Below are positions 28,354-39,800 of a stretch of 62,415 bases of DNA, one piece after another. A program made the translations under genes and the position numbers. The DNA is from a virus (Duplodnaviria; Caudoviricetes), in the IMG/VR virus record IMGVR_UViG_3300042314_001286, positions 1 through 62,415 of that record; one strand, 5' to 3'. Below the pieces are notes generated by a model. It was not told the origin of the DNA. It did no database searches and saw only the letters and a program-made list of their open reading frames with translations. Each line of letters starts with the position of its first letter. Positions within the stretch are counted from its first letter, which is position 1.

Positions 28354-28541
28354 TGGAGAACACCATAGAAGTTAATTACAGCAAAGACGAAATGCAGCGG
28401 TTAAAAGATTTTAACCTAAACAACGCAAGACTTAATTCTTTAATGGAAATATTAGAAGTCATAAAAGACTGTGAGATGTCAACGTTTTCCTTGGAAGCCA
28501 AGGTAATAGCAAAGATAGATTCTATTGTAGACGAAATTTAA
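28353..28541 (+). CDS. hypothetical protein
   Basis: 62 aa, coupled to upstream gene, followed by hairpin. Confidence 0.6.
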   Translation: MENTIEVNYSKDEMQRLKDFNLNNARLNSLMEILEVIKDCEMSTFSLEAKVIAKIDSIVDEI

Positions 28542-28563
28542 TTGAAGGTTTGATTGATTAACA

Positions 28564-28592
28564 AATGCCTCGGTTTAATAAGCCGGGGCATT
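28564..28592. terminator. hairpin, probable terminator
   Basis: AATGCCTCGGTTT-AAT-AAGCCGGGGCATT; lacks a long T run on +. Confidence 0.55.
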
Positions 28593-28616
28593 GTCATATA
28601 TAATAAAAAAAATTCA

Positions 28617-28624
28617 TAACTTTG
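28617..28624 (+). promoter_or_regulatory. Bacteroidota -7 promoter box TAACTTTG
   Basis: TAnnTTTG 22 nt upstream of ATG 28647. Confidence 0.55.
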
Positions 28625-28646
28625 GTGCAAATTAAAAATCATTGAA

Positions 28647-29348
28647 ATGGCTATTTCCATAAATGACGCTCATCAGTTTATTCGTCAGCTGCTTAAGAAG
28701 AACAAAGGTGGATTTGTTCCTCCTGCTGATATTGATAGAGCAATAAATAGAGGAGTTTCCGATTGGTTAAGCGCTGTTATAAACAAATATCACAGAACAG
28801 GTAAGTTTGAGTACGATCATTTGTTGGTTAAAAGAGCAAACTTTACCGTTACTCCATCTACAGGAACTCAATCTTTATTGACTAATGCAAGTGATTACAT
28901 TGAAGGATTAACTATATATATTACAGCTAATGGCGGTAATCAAGTTGAAGGAACTATATATTCTTGGGACGAATTTTTAGAGTTACAGAATTCTAGCATA
29001 CTTGCTCCAGATACTTCTTTCCCGGCGGCAACAATTTATATTGTATCTGAAGGAGGCGTAGATGTCCCTAAGATCCAATTCTCTCCAGTACCTCCTTCTG
29101 GATCATATACTTATACATTAGTATATTTAAGAGAGCCTGCTCCAGCTGTTTATGCTTTTACATTCAACTCTTCTACAGGTGAGACTGCATTCAATCCTTC
29201 AGGTAGCGTTGATATAGATGTGTCAGATAGATACTATACTGATATTATTACTCGCGCATTAATGTATCTTGGTATCACAATACGCGATGCAGATATTGTT
29301 GGAATTGAAGGACTAATGGATGCGAATCAAACCCAAGATGAGAAATGA
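28647..29348 (+). CDS. tail ring / head-tail adaptor-like protein
   Basis: KKNKGGFVPPADID...YLREP pattern; first of three similar-size genes before the nozzle gene. Confidence 0.6.
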   Translation: MAISINDAHQFIRQLLKKNKGGFVPPADIDRAINRGVSDWLSAVINKYHRTGKFEYDHLLVKRANFTVTPSTGTQSLLTNASDYIEGLTIYITANGGNQVEGTIYSWDEFLELQNSSILAPDTSFPAATIYIVSEGGVDVPKIQFSPVPPSGSYTYTLVYLREPAPAVYAFTFNSSTGETAFNPSGSVDIDVSDRYYTDIITRALMYLGITIRDADIVGIEGLMDANQTQDEK

Positions 29349-29995
29349 TGACTAAAAATAAATTAGCCGAAGAAATTCAACGTATCTATGCACGGTTTCT
29401 TGATAAAGATAATCCTAGTGACGTAATAGATATTCGTGAGGTAAAGTTGATAGTGGAACAATCTATCAACAAGATCTTAAAGATTCAAGTTGCGGATTCA
29501 TTTAAGGCAGGAATGTACGATGTGCCTAGATGTAACTTAATTCAATATACTTGCGCTGTAACATCTGAATCTGGCAACTCGAGATCTTTTATTACACTCC
29601 CTGCAATTCCATTAACACTACCTATGGATATGGGAATCTGGAGCATTTCTGCTTCAGCCGCGGCATTAACACCTTATATACCAATTCCTGCACAAGATGT
29701 TTTGGTATTTGGAACAATAGCAAACGGCGCTAATTTAAGTTACTTAGAAGGACAAATTGGTTACTATGTTCAGGGTAAAAAAGTTTATTTTACAAAAGAT
29801 ATTACAACTGTTGGAAACGGATCTATATCATCTGTTTTGGTTAATCTTCTTGTAATGGATTTCAGTCAGATTGCTGACAATGAATTGTTGCCTATTAGCC
29901 CAGAAGTTGAGACATCTGTTATTGAAGACGTTTTAACTACGATTAGTAATGGTAAAATTTCGCAATTAGAATTAGCTGCTAAACAGGAAAAATAA
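29345..29995 (+). CDS. tail ring-like structural protein
   Basis: 216 aa; position and size; DIREVK and LPAIPLTLP motifs. Confidence 0.55.
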   Translation: MMTKNKLAEEIQRIYARFLDKDNPSDVIDIREVKLIVEQSINKILKIQVADSFKAGMYDVPRCNLIQYTCAVTSESGNSRSFITLPAIPLTLPMDMGIWSISASAAALTPYIPIPAQDVLVFGTIANGANLSYLEGQIGYYVQGKKVYFTKDITTVGNGSISSVLVNLLVMDFSQIADNELLPISPEVETSVIEDVLTTISNGKISQLELAAKQEK

Positions 29996-30750
29996 TGAAG
30001 ACTAAGTCATTAAATATAATTGTTAGAGATGTTTTGTTAGACTACGGTTTACCATTACATTATTATACTCGTTATCTACAACACGGATTGCGCATCCTAG
30101 ATGAATTGTCTTTAGATTATGATTTAGGAAGTGTTAAGACTGTTGAGCTTGATATTACTTCTTATAATCGCGCTATACTTCCTTCGGACTTTGTTGACTA
30201 TGTAGATGTATCCGCTAAGAGTGGCGAGCGTTTGCTACCTTTAGAAAGAGAGTCTCGTTTAAACAAGATGTATAATTACGATGACGCTGGGAATAAAATT
30301 CCATTTGAAAATGAGGATAACGAATACATCGAGAACTTAAATTACTTTTTAAACAGAGGCTCCTCAATGCTTAATAGCAACGGACAATTTGTTGGTAGAT
30401 ATTATGGACGTGAGCGTCGCGCTTTGTTTACATTTGATATTGACAAATTAAACCAAGAGATTGTTTTCAGTAATAAAACTACTTTTGAAAAGATTGTTTT
30501 AACATATGTTACTTCGGCTGTTTCTAAATCTTCTGCCAATGTTGTTACACCGTATGCTGTAGATACAATATCTAAGTACATGGTTATGATGGCGGCAAAG
30601 GCAAATGGAGCAAGATTGGGTGAGGCGCAAGGTGCTAAGATGGAATTTGAGAACGCAAGAAGAGTATTAAGAGCTAGACTTAATTCAATGGACTACGCGG
30701 AGATTATTGGCGCATTACGTCGCGGTATTCACGCTGGAGTAAAGAATTAA
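29995..30750 (+). CDS. tail tubular (P22 gp4-like) ring protein
   Basis: LPSDFVDYV motif; C-terminal RRVLRARL; precedes nozzle gene. Confidence 0.65.
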   Translation: MKTKSLNIIVRDVLLDYGLPLHYYTRYLQHGLRILDELSLDYDLGSVKTVELDITSYNRAILPSDFVDYVDVSAKSGERLLPLERESRLNKMYNYDDAGNKIPFENEDNEYIENLNYFLNRGSSMLNSNGQFVGRYYGRERRALFTFDIDKLNQEIVFSNKTTFEKIVLTYVTSAVSKSSANVVTPYAVDTISKYMVMMAAKANGARLGEAQGAKMEFENARRVLRARLNSMDYAEIIGALRRGIHAGVKN

Positions 30751-30779
30751 TTCAACTCATCATTTTTAACATTTAACAA

Positions 30780-33700
30780 ATGGCTAAGGTAACTCTCAGA
30801 GCATCAGGAGGTTTAAATAAAGATATCAATCCGAATAATTTACCGGAAGGTGATTATGTTTCAGCGTCTAATATTGTTTTCGATGCTGGTAAAACGGGTG
30901 GTGCTGGAGCATTAAGATTAATGGAATCTTTTGCTTCTTTGGGAATTACTTTATCAGGATCCCCTCGTGTTACATTTCAGAATGTAGATAATCTAATTTA
31001 TGTACTATGTAATAACGCGGGCGGTACAGCTACTATACACAGAATTACACCTGTTGGCGATTCATTTACTTCGACAGCCGTACTAACTTATCCTCATAAT
31101 GCAACAGACGTAGATATGGCTCCTGACTTGAAAGTCATTGGCAATACAATTGTCTGGAATTATGCGGAAGGAGGAACGGTATTATCCTACGATTTAACAG
31201 GCGGAACTGGTGTAACATTTGCCTCCATTGAAGACTTAAAGCTTCAGAAGAAAACTCCTAACAATGTTGTTAAAATTAGAAAGGTAATGGGCTCTTCGCC
31301 TTTAGCTTTGCTAGAAAATACCGACTTCCAGTTTGCTGCTAGATATCAGTATTCAACAAAAGAGTATTCTGTACTAGGGAATTATTCTCAAATGTACAAA
31401 GCAGAAAAGGGTGTACAGAGATATGAGATTCAATACGACTTTACTGGTAAGCCAACATACGCTACAGATATTGAGCTTTATGTTCGCATAGGCAATAATG
31501 GTAATTGGAGAAAAGCTGACGTTCAAAAGATATCAGACTATCCTTCTGGATTTAATGTTGAGTGGACTGGGCAAATGAATGAAAGCTTAGACTTAGTTAC
31601 AGTCGGCAAGCCATTTGATGCTATTCCTGAGAATGTTAAGAATATTGAAATCGCAAAGAATAGATTGTTCTTGGCTAATATTCAAGACGACTATAGCTTA
31701 ACAGAGGCTAATACTAAAATAAATATACAAGTTGATACCGAAACTGCAATGTCAGGCGGTACATATAAAACATACTTAAATGCTGGCGCTTCTGATATTG
31801 AGGTTGATAGTACTGAAGACTCCTATGATGGTTCAGGCTACTCGAAGCCATTTGCAAACAACTCAACCTACGCAATTGGTGTAGCTTATTATGATGCTGC
31901 ATTAAAGACGCGAGGAGTTGAAGCTAAGACGGTTAAGAAGTTTAGCACAGGAAAGTTTGATTATCCGATATTGCCTAACATTACTATTTCGGCAGGTTCA
32001 GGATACGCTAAGCCTTCTTGGGCAAAGTATATACAACTAGTATACTCTAAGAACATATCTAAGTCATATATCTACGAAGGGTACGCTAGTAATATATTTT
32101 TTGAACTAAGTAAGCTAGAAGAGAATCCCGCTACCAAGGTTGTTTCTCGTGTTACAAGTATAAGTCAATCTGTAACAAAAGATGACTTAAAAGACGTCAC
32201 TTACTTTGTAATTGACTTGATGGGTATGTTCTTGGCGGGACAAGTTTACACATTTCAAGAAGGAGACAGAATATCAATTAACATTGGCACTAACGCCTCA
32301 AGAGAAATAATTGACTTACGGATTGTTCAGCAGAACAACAACTTGATTTATTGTGACTATTCAGGCGGGGCATTAACTAACCCAGTTATTCCTATTCCTA
32401 AAGATTTGTTCTTTGAGATATATACTCCTAAGCAGGCCCAAGAAGATGAGTCTTTATTGTTCTATGAGTATGGTAGCTTAATAGATATTTCAGCGGGATT
32501 AGGCTCAATTGTATTAACGGGAACAGGTACCTTAAATAACACTAAGTTAATTGGCGACATGGTATTCAAGAAACTTGAAATACCTGTTTACCAAACTTCT
32601 CCGTTTAAGTATAATTCTACAAAGACTCTACCAAATGTTATTGTAAACAATGTGACTACCGTGATTAACTCAATCACGAGCGAAACGATGCAGAGTTCAA
32701 TAACAAACGAAGGCAAATCAGATGATAGAACTCTAATCCCAACGCTTGCTATTCCGTCTGGAACTAATGGAGATAATGCTACATTGACTTTAGAAAGTGA
32801 CGCATTTATTGTTGCTGGATTTTACGATGTTGGTACCCAATCTCCTAGCTTAAGTAAGCTGAGTATTCAATTTAATTTAAAATCAATAAGTACACTTATA
32901 TTAGATGCTCCAGTAGATCCAACCATTCCTTCAGCTGGAAGTATGACGTATAAGCTTATGGGGCAGGTATTTAAAACGCCTTACGACAATAAGACAAATA
33001 AATACGGAGAAACTAAACCTTTTTCGCGACAATTTACTATTGACGATAAAACATTTTCCGAGACTGGCGCTACTTTAGAAATTAATTACTTAGAATCAAT
33101 TAATTTAAACACAGGAATTAAAGAGGATATTGTAGCTGGAGATAAATTTTCAATAAAGCTTACTTTAGAGTTTTCAGCAACAGGAGCTATTACATCTGCG
33201 ATAACTAATATATCAAAGTCCAATAGCGCGTCTTTTGGATGTGTAATGACTTTTACAGGTAATAGAATAACTCCTAAGTTAGTTACATCCTACAGCCCAG
33301 ATGTTGTATTGGCAACTGCCAATCAAAAGTTTATGATACGTTCTTTTTCTAACGCAGTCGCTAATCAACAATGGAACACGTCCGCCGGTAAGCCGTCTGT
33401 TATAGCGTCTAACGTTTCATATCCTCGTCGGACAAATGCTATTCGCTATTCAGGTAATTATATTGCAGGTACTAGCATAAATAACATTAACTCATTCTTT
33501 GCTTTAGATAGCAATGAAGTACCTATCGAGAATGGAGAAATTGTATCATTGCAACGCGCTTCAAGACTACAAGGTAATGGAGCTATGCTACTTGCGTTAT
33601 GCCCTAGAGAGACAGCTTATGTGTTCTTAGGAGAGCAAGAATTAACACAAGGTAATAACGCTTCTATTCGTGCGCTTACAACCAATATGATTGGTACTAT

Positions 33701-34478
33701 TCGTAATATGGGAGCTGGATTAGGATTACAGAATAAACTTTCTGTAATGAACTACAAGGGTACTATTTGGTGGTGGGATAACTTTACTAAGAAGGTTGTT
33801 AAGTATACTGAAAAAGGAATTGAGATTCCTAGCGATACTTTCATGAGATCTTACTTCTTAAACAAATCTGGGATTGCACGTTTCTCTTACGATCCATTCT
33901 ATAATATGGCTTTCATAGGAATGATAGGTGAATCTACTTCTGTTGGCTATTCAGATAATCTTAAGAGATGGATTGCTGAGTATTCATTTGTGCCTACCTT
34001 TGCTGAAAGCTACGGTGATAAAATGATTCTAATGAGTGGTAGCACTTTGTATAAATCATTACAATCAGGGTTTAATACTTTCTTTGGCGGATCAAATGAT
34101 GGAACAATTTCATTTATTTTGAATAGCCGCAGTACGGTATTCCCTACAAGGGTATCTATCTGGCACGATATGAACGTAATAGATTGGACTCAAAGCAATT
34201 ATGTAAAGAATAATTTATTAACAATAGATATTACTAATGAGAATAATCAAGTGTCTAAGCTAGTAGAAGCTAATTTCTTGATGCAAGACAATAGATTATA
34301 TGCTCATGTTTTAAGAGATAAGAATACGACAGGCTCAATAGTTGAAAGAAACCTTATAGAAGGTAATGCAATTGTTGGGGCGTTAAATGTTTTTTCGTTA
34401 ACTTTAAAGGATAAATCTCAGAATATGAGAATTAATGCTTTGGAGGTTGACGTTGAAGCTTCATCGGGACATAGTTAA
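30780..34478 (+). CDS. tail stabilization/nozzle protein (P22 gp10 / crAss muzzle-like)
   Basis: N-terminal GGLNKDINPNNLPEGDYVSASNI; FQFAARYQY; NRLFLAN; 1232 aa beta-rich. Confidence 0.75.
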   Translation: MAKVTLRASGGLNKDINPNNLPEGDYVSASNIVFDAGKTGGAGALRLMESFASLGITLSGSPRVTFQNVDNLIYVLCNNAGGTATIHRITPVGDSFTSTAVLTYPHNATDVDMAPDLKVIGNTIVWNYAEGGTVLSYDLTGGTGVTFASIEDLKLQKKTPNNVVKIRKVMGSSPLALLENTDFQFAARYQYSTKEYSVLGNYSQMYKAEKGVQRYEIQYDFTGKPTYATDIELYVRIGNNGNWRKADVQKISDYPSGFNVEWTGQMNESLDLVTVGKPFDAIPENVKNIEIAKNRLFLANIQDDYSLTEANTKINIQVDTETAMSGGTYKTYLNAGASDIEVDSTEDSYDGSGYSKPFANNSTYAIGVAYYDAALKTRGVEAKTVKKFSTGKFDYPILPNITISAGSGYAKPSWAKYIQLVYSKNISKSYIYEGYASNIFFELSKLEENPATKVVSRVTSISQSVTKDDLKDVTYFVIDLMGMFLAGQVYTFQEGDRISINIGTNASREIIDLRIVQQNNNLIYCDYSGGALTNPVIPIPKDLFFEIYTPKQAQEDESLLFYEYGSLIDISAGLGSIVLTGTGTLNNTKLIGDMVFKKLEIPVYQTSPFKYNSTKTLPNVIVNNVTTVINSITSETMQSSITNEGKSDDRTLIPTLAIPSGTNGDNATLTLESDAFIVAGFYDVGTQSPSLSKLSIQFNLKSISTLILDAPVDPTIPSAGSMTYKLMGQVFKTPYDNKTNKYGETKPFSRQFTIDDKTFSETGATLEINYLESINLNTGIKEDIVAGDKFSIKLTLEFSATGAITSAITNISKSNSASFGCVMTFTGNRITPKLVTSYSPDVVLATANQKFMIRSFSNAVANQQWNTSAGKPSVIASNVSYPRRTNAIRYSGNYIAGTSINNINSFFALDSNEVPIENGEIVSLQRASRLQGNGAMLLALCPRETAYVFLGEQELTQGNNASIRALTTNMIGTIRNMGAGLGLQNKLSVMNYKGTIWWWDNFTKKVVKYTEKGIEIPSDTFMRSYFLNKSGIARFSYDPFYNMAFIGMIGESTSVGYSDNLKRWIAEYSFVPTFAESYGDKMILMSGSTLYKSLQSGFNTFFGGSNDGTISFILNSRSTVFPTRVSIWHDMNVIDWTQSNYVKNNLLTIDITNENNQVSKLVEANFLMQDNRLYAHVLRDKNTTGSIVERNLIEGNAIVGALNVFSLTLKDKSQNMRINALEVDVEASSGHS

Positions 34479-34497
34479 AATTTAAATATAAAATAAT

Positions 34498-35412
34498 ATG
34501 GGGCCTTTGTTAATAGCAGGTGCTGTTGCATCAGGTGTTGGTTCATTGCTTAAATTGCCCGGAGTCATTGGGCAAAAGAATCAAGCTATTGAGCAACTTC
34601 GTTCATTTGGCGGATACGCTGCTGATCAACGTAATCGATTGAAAACTGGACTTGCTCAGACAAGATCAGAAGCAGAAAACCTTTCTACCTACCAAGGAGA
34701 TATTTCTCGTTTTGAGCAAGCTCAAGCTGAAGCAGCAATGGGTAAGCGTATGGCATCTGGCGGACAAGTTGCTGGCGAAGGTATTCTTCGCGAACAAGCG
34801 CGTCAAACTACTGCCAATACATTAGCCGCCGCACAAAGAGGAGCTGGATCTAGTACAGACTTATTGACTGCCGCTTTAATGGGACAGCAACAAGAAGGAT
34901 CTCAGATGCAAGGTATTGATGCTTTGATACAAAACCAGCGTCAATCAATGATTCAAAATGCGCAACAACAATACTTGGCTTCAATGGGACAGACTGCCTC
35001 GGCATTAGCTAGAGAAAGAGGTTTAGAATTTAGCTCAAAATCTGCAAAAGAAAATGCATTATTAGATTTAACTAAGACTGGATTCCAAGCAGAGATGAAT
35101 CAAGAGGCACAATTATTCCAGCAAGAAATGGCTAGAAAAGCTGCATTAGCTGATACTAGAGCTGCAATTTGGAGTGGAGTAGGGAATATTGGAATGGATA
35201 TTGGTAAGTCATTAATGGCTATGGGCGGCATTCAGGAGCAAACTAATGCGTTTAAGGATCAACTTGAATTAGCAAGAGTTCAAAGAGGAGGAGCTCCAAC
35301 TACCTATTCTGGCGCCGGAACAATGAACAATTCATTAGAAGGATTTAGAAGAGCATCTGATAGAATGTCAAAAACAGGAATTGGGTTTGAATCTACTATA
35401 TTTAATCAATAA
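34498..35412 (+). CDS. putative ejection (internal virion) protein
   Basis: Hydrophobic Gly/Ala N-terminus, Ala/Gln-rich helical body; follows nozzle gene. Confidence 0.65.
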   Translation: MGPLLIAGAVASGVGSLLKLPGVIGQKNQAIEQLRSFGGYAADQRNRLKTGLAQTRSEAENLSTYQGDISRFEQAQAEAAMGKRMASGGQVAGEGILREQARQTTANTLAAAQRGAGSSTDLLTAALMGQQQEGSQMQGIDALIQNQRQSMIQNAQQQYLASMGQTASALARERGLEFSSKSAKENALLDLTKTGFQAEMNQEAQLFQQEMARKAALADTRAAIWSGVGNIGMDIGKSLMAMGGIQEQTNAFKDQLELARVQRGGAPTTYSGAGTMNNSLEGFRRASDRMSKTGIGFESTIFNQ

Positions 35413-35415
35413 ATA

Positions 35416-36870
35416 ATGGCAAACGAATTTGTATATAATCCAGCACAAAACATCAAGCAAGAGTTTGGTGAAATAAGCTCTGGCATTGGAGATATATTTA
35501 AGCAAGTAATTGATCAAAAGCAGAGAGACTATAAGTTAGCTGAAGACGTATATACCAACATCGAAAGTTTAAAAGAGAAGGTAAATATGTATGGGCGACA
35601 AGATGTAACTAACAAAGCTAATCAGCTTGTTGGTTCTTTAGCTGATGCAATTGGGCCTGATGGAAAGGTAAACTCTGCGGCAATTGCTGGAGTTAAAGCT
35701 CAAGTATCCCGTATTAAACAAGAGAAGCAAGCTTGGGAAGATAAGGCTGAATTAAGAAAAGAATATCAAACTAGATTATTGTCGCAAAAAGATCTTGTTC
35801 CAAACATGGAGAAAGCGATGATGGATTTAGATAAGATTACAATGGATTCTAGGGTTTTAAATCCTCAGGATGCTACTAAAGCTTACGAAAAAGCATTTAA
35901 AGATAATCTAGATCCAAAACAATTATTCCATAAAGCATATACGTCATATGTTCGTCAAGAAGGCTCAATTAATGGAATAGTTAAGAATAAAGACAATAGT
36001 GCTATTACGTTTGCCGGAAAGGGATATCAAGGAGATTCTTACGATCCTATTACTAAGAAACGTATTCGTCCAGAAATGACACCAACGATAGATCAGGCTA
36101 CAGGCGCAACTGTTATGCGTCCTACTGCTGATGTCGAATACGAAAGAATGGAGGCGGCAAGCCCATCTACTATTGATTTCTTAGTAGAGCGTGCTGGAGC
36201 GGCTGCACAATTTATTCCAGAATCTCAAAGACGCAAGGCTATATTTAACATGGCTGCCGACGAATTACCTTATGAAGTAAAAGAAACATTTGTTAAGGCT
36301 CCTAAGGTAGCTAAGGGCACAGGAACATCAAATGCTGGGCCAGAATTATTTAAGGGATCTATTTACAAAGATACTATTCCGGGAGTAGGTGATGTGAATA
36401 CATTTTCTTTAGGTAAAAACCTTAAGATTAAAATTGCTCCAACAATTCAAGCTATTGCATCCGAATTAAGTAGATCGTCAGACGGATCTTATTGGGCAAC
36501 GATATTAGTTGACAGTAGCGGAAACCCTTGGCAAGATGAAACTAATTTACAAGGATCAACAACAACTTATAAGAAAGTTGAAATGACTCCAAGACAATTA
36601 AAGTCTATTTTTACTGCAACTGCCGTTAACTCTTATGGAGAGAAAATGAAAGGCGCTGCTGTTAATATGTTTAATAGATTGTCTCCACCTAAGCAAGGGC
36701 CTACTAAACCGCAAGCCCCTGTTGTTCCTGATCCGCCAAAGAATCCTACCGCAGTAGCATTTACCACCAAAAAGGGTGCTAAATTTACAGAGGCTATGGT
36801 TTACTCAGTAATGAAGACTGGTGGCTTTAAGGAGACTAGAGAGCAAGTTATTAAAAGACTTAATAAATAA
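35416..36870 (+). CDS. putative ejection (internal virion) protein
   Basis: 484 aa, between small and giant ejection-type genes. Confidence 0.55.
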   Translation: MANEFVYNPAQNIKQEFGEISSGIGDIFKQVIDQKQRDYKLAEDVYTNIESLKEKVNMYGRQDVTNKANQLVGSLADAIGPDGKVNSAAIAGVKAQVSRIKQEKQAWEDKAELRKEYQTRLLSQKDLVPNMEKAMMDLDKITMDSRVLNPQDATKAYEKAFKDNLDPKQLFHKAYTSYVRQEGSINGIVKNKDNSAITFAGKGYQGDSYDPITKKRIRPEMTPTIDQATGATVMRPTADVEYERMEAASPSTIDFLVERAGAAAQFIPESQRRKAIFNMAADELPYEVKETFVKAPKVAKGTGTSNAGPELFKGSIYKDTIPGVGDVNTFSLGKNLKIKIAPTIQAIASELSRSSDGSYWATILVDSSGNPWQDETNLQGSTTTYKKVEMTPRQLKSIFTATAVNSYGEKMKGAAVNMFNRLSPPKQGPTKPQAPVVPDPPKNPTAVAFTTKKGAKFTEAMVYSVMKTGGFKETREQVIKRLNK

Positions 36871-36886
36871 TTAAAAACCCATTATA

Positions 36887-39800
36887 ATGGCTGAATTAGA
36901 TGCAACACAAATGCCTGAGGATATCATTCCTCAGGAAGTATTAGTTGATACACCAGAAGTAGAGGCAGTCGATCAAGAGGAGCAAGAGAAACCTAAATCT
37001 GGTGGTAAAATTCAAATGGCTACCGAGGAAGCAAAAAAAGAATTAGCAAAAAAGTATATTCCTAGGAAAGTTGTAGTGTCTAATCAGGGGAAAGTAGAAG
37101 CCCCTGCTGTAACTGTTGTAGAAAAAGCAACAACTGAAACGCCTAAACCTGTAGCTCAAAAAGTTAAGGAAACTAAGCAAGGAGATTTGCTTAAGCCGGA
37201 TACTCAAGACGAACAAGCTGATTATAAGAAGAAGTATGAAGAGAAGGAAGTAGCTGCATTAGTTACAGGAAAGAAACCTTCTGCTCCAGTTGACGTTAAA
37301 TTTGAGTTAGATAGATTCTTAGGAGGTAGCCCAAGTTCAATTAACTGGGATGCATACGAGAAGTCTAAACAAGAAGAGATTCGTCGGGCCGCAGCAATTG
37401 CGGTTCAAAACGACGTAGATCCAAATTCGGATCCATCTGGCGTATTAACATTCCTTAGTAGAATAACTCCTAATGCAATCAAGTCTGGAGTTGTTAAAGC
37501 TGAATCAGAGTTAGCTTCATTTGCTGGACAGATATTAAATGAGTTTGAAAAAGCAAAACAAAAACCCGGAGGATTTGCTAAATCTCTTGGTGTTGAACCT
37601 GAGGCTCCTAAACCTTTGGCTCAAGGAGAAATTCCTACATATAAGAATCTATTCGAAATAGGCGCTAAGCTTGCTAAAAGAAGCGAAGACTATATGTTTG
37701 CCGCTGAGATAAATTCTGGTATACAAGAAAAAAACGTAGGGAAGAATGCATCCGATCTACTCTTTTCTTCTAATCCGGGTGACACTTGGGATGGATTAAC
37801 TAAACTTGGTTTATCTGTTACGCAGCAACTTCCTCAGCTTATTGGACTTGCAGCAACATCTAGCAATCCAGCATTAATGAATGCGTTAATGTTTAGTACA
37901 GCAACAGGAGCAGCACTAACAGAAGAATATAAGAAAGATAAAGATATTTCAGATGTTGACGCTATGCAATCTTGGGGAAAAGGACTTGCTTCAACATTGA
38001 TTGAAAAGCTATATTTAGGAGACATTAGGGCTCTTGCTTCTGCTGGCGGGAAAATTGCAAACTTGCAAATGGATGGCGCTAAAAAAGTTTTAAAAGACTT
38101 CTTAGATAAAAATGGGAAAGAGAAACTTAGGGATGAAATTAAAAGAACATATTTTGCCGCATCGAAAGATATAGTAAGAAATAGTTTTGGTGAAGGTGGC
38201 GAAGAAGTCCTAACCGCTATAACAGATTTTGTCGTAGACAGAACAGAAGATGGCAAATGGGATCAAGAAGAATACGATAAATTATTAAGCAATATTAAAG
38301 AGTCTGCTTTAATTGGATTTGCTACAGGATTTGGAGTTTCAGCTCCTTTAATAAAGGCATCTGTTACGCCATTGACAATGGAGCAGAAGCGTAAGATTGC
38401 TAGTTTCCGTCAGGTAGCTAACGATCCTACAGCAAGCAAAGAGATTCGTGAGTCAGCACAAAAACACGCTGATGATATTATTAAATTTAGCGCAGATCAA
38501 GTTGCCAGAAAGTACACAGTAATGGCCTCTCTTCCTTTAGAAAAGAGAAAGGTAGCTATTGATATTGCTGGCAAAATACAGTCGCTAGAGAATGGCAAAG
38601 CCAAGCTTAAAGACGTAGATGCTGAAGCTGTAATTGATAAAGATATTGACAAGCTAAAGCAAGACTGGAGCAAAGTTATTGTTGGGCACGCAATGGAGAC
38701 AGCGGCGAAAGACGAGGCGGCAAGAGTGGAAGCGGCAAAAACAACAGAAGTTACAGCGGAAACTACAACTCCTGAAGTTAAATTATTTAATGATACTCCA
38801 GAAGGAAGAGCATTGATTTCAAATTATAATGCAACATTAAAAGCATTAAACGATAAGGCTAAGATATTAATACATTCCAATGCTTTGGCAATGCAAGCGG
38901 CTTTAATTAAAGGTGGTATGAATCCATCTTTGGCAACAGCTTATGCTAATGGCGGATCTCATAATGGAGTCAACCATTCTGCGTCTTCTGGTTTATTAGC
39001 AACAGAAAATGGCAATCCTGTTATTCACGTTAATGCAGAAACTGCAAACGATTTAACAATTCCTCACGAAATAACTCACGTTGCACTAGCTGACTTAGCA
39101 AAAAACAATCCAGAACAATTTATTGTAATGCGAGATAAATTGCTAAAAGCAATGAGTTCTAGTAATTCAAAGCCATTAGTAGAATTTGCATCACAGTATG
39201 GTAAAGAGGATACAGCAGCAGATGCAGAACAATTGCGCGCTGAAGAGTTTATTACTCAGATGGTTGCAGAGTTGGCTTCTGAAGGAAAGAAAATTGATAT
39301 AAATACATTGCAAGCAATCGCTCAAGCAATCAAGAAATTCTTATTAGATGTTGCTTCTAAGCTTAATAGCCCAATGTTAACTACATTGGTTAACGATGCT
39401 TTTGCAAATACTACATCTAAGCAAGAGCTAGTAGACTTCTTTAATAAGTTTTCAGAAGCATTAGCATCAGGAAGATCTTTGCCTACAAAGACTCCTATGT
39501 TTGATGTGGGAATAAGCCCAACTCGCGCGGCAGAGACTATGTCTAATTATGTTAGACAATCAATTCTTGGCGAAAAAGGTGCGGCTGCATTGGATGAATA
39601 CTACAACGTTAATACTCGTTTAAATAATCTATATCGTGCTAAATCTTTAAGCTTGTTAGGATTAACCCCTGCCGAAGTTAAAATTGCTACAGGGTGGGAA
39701 TTAAGCAAGGTTGATGATATGTGGAGATACGAAATCGAACCTTCGGATATGACTATCCCTCTTGGACTATTATCTAAAGCATTTACTACTGGCGAATTTG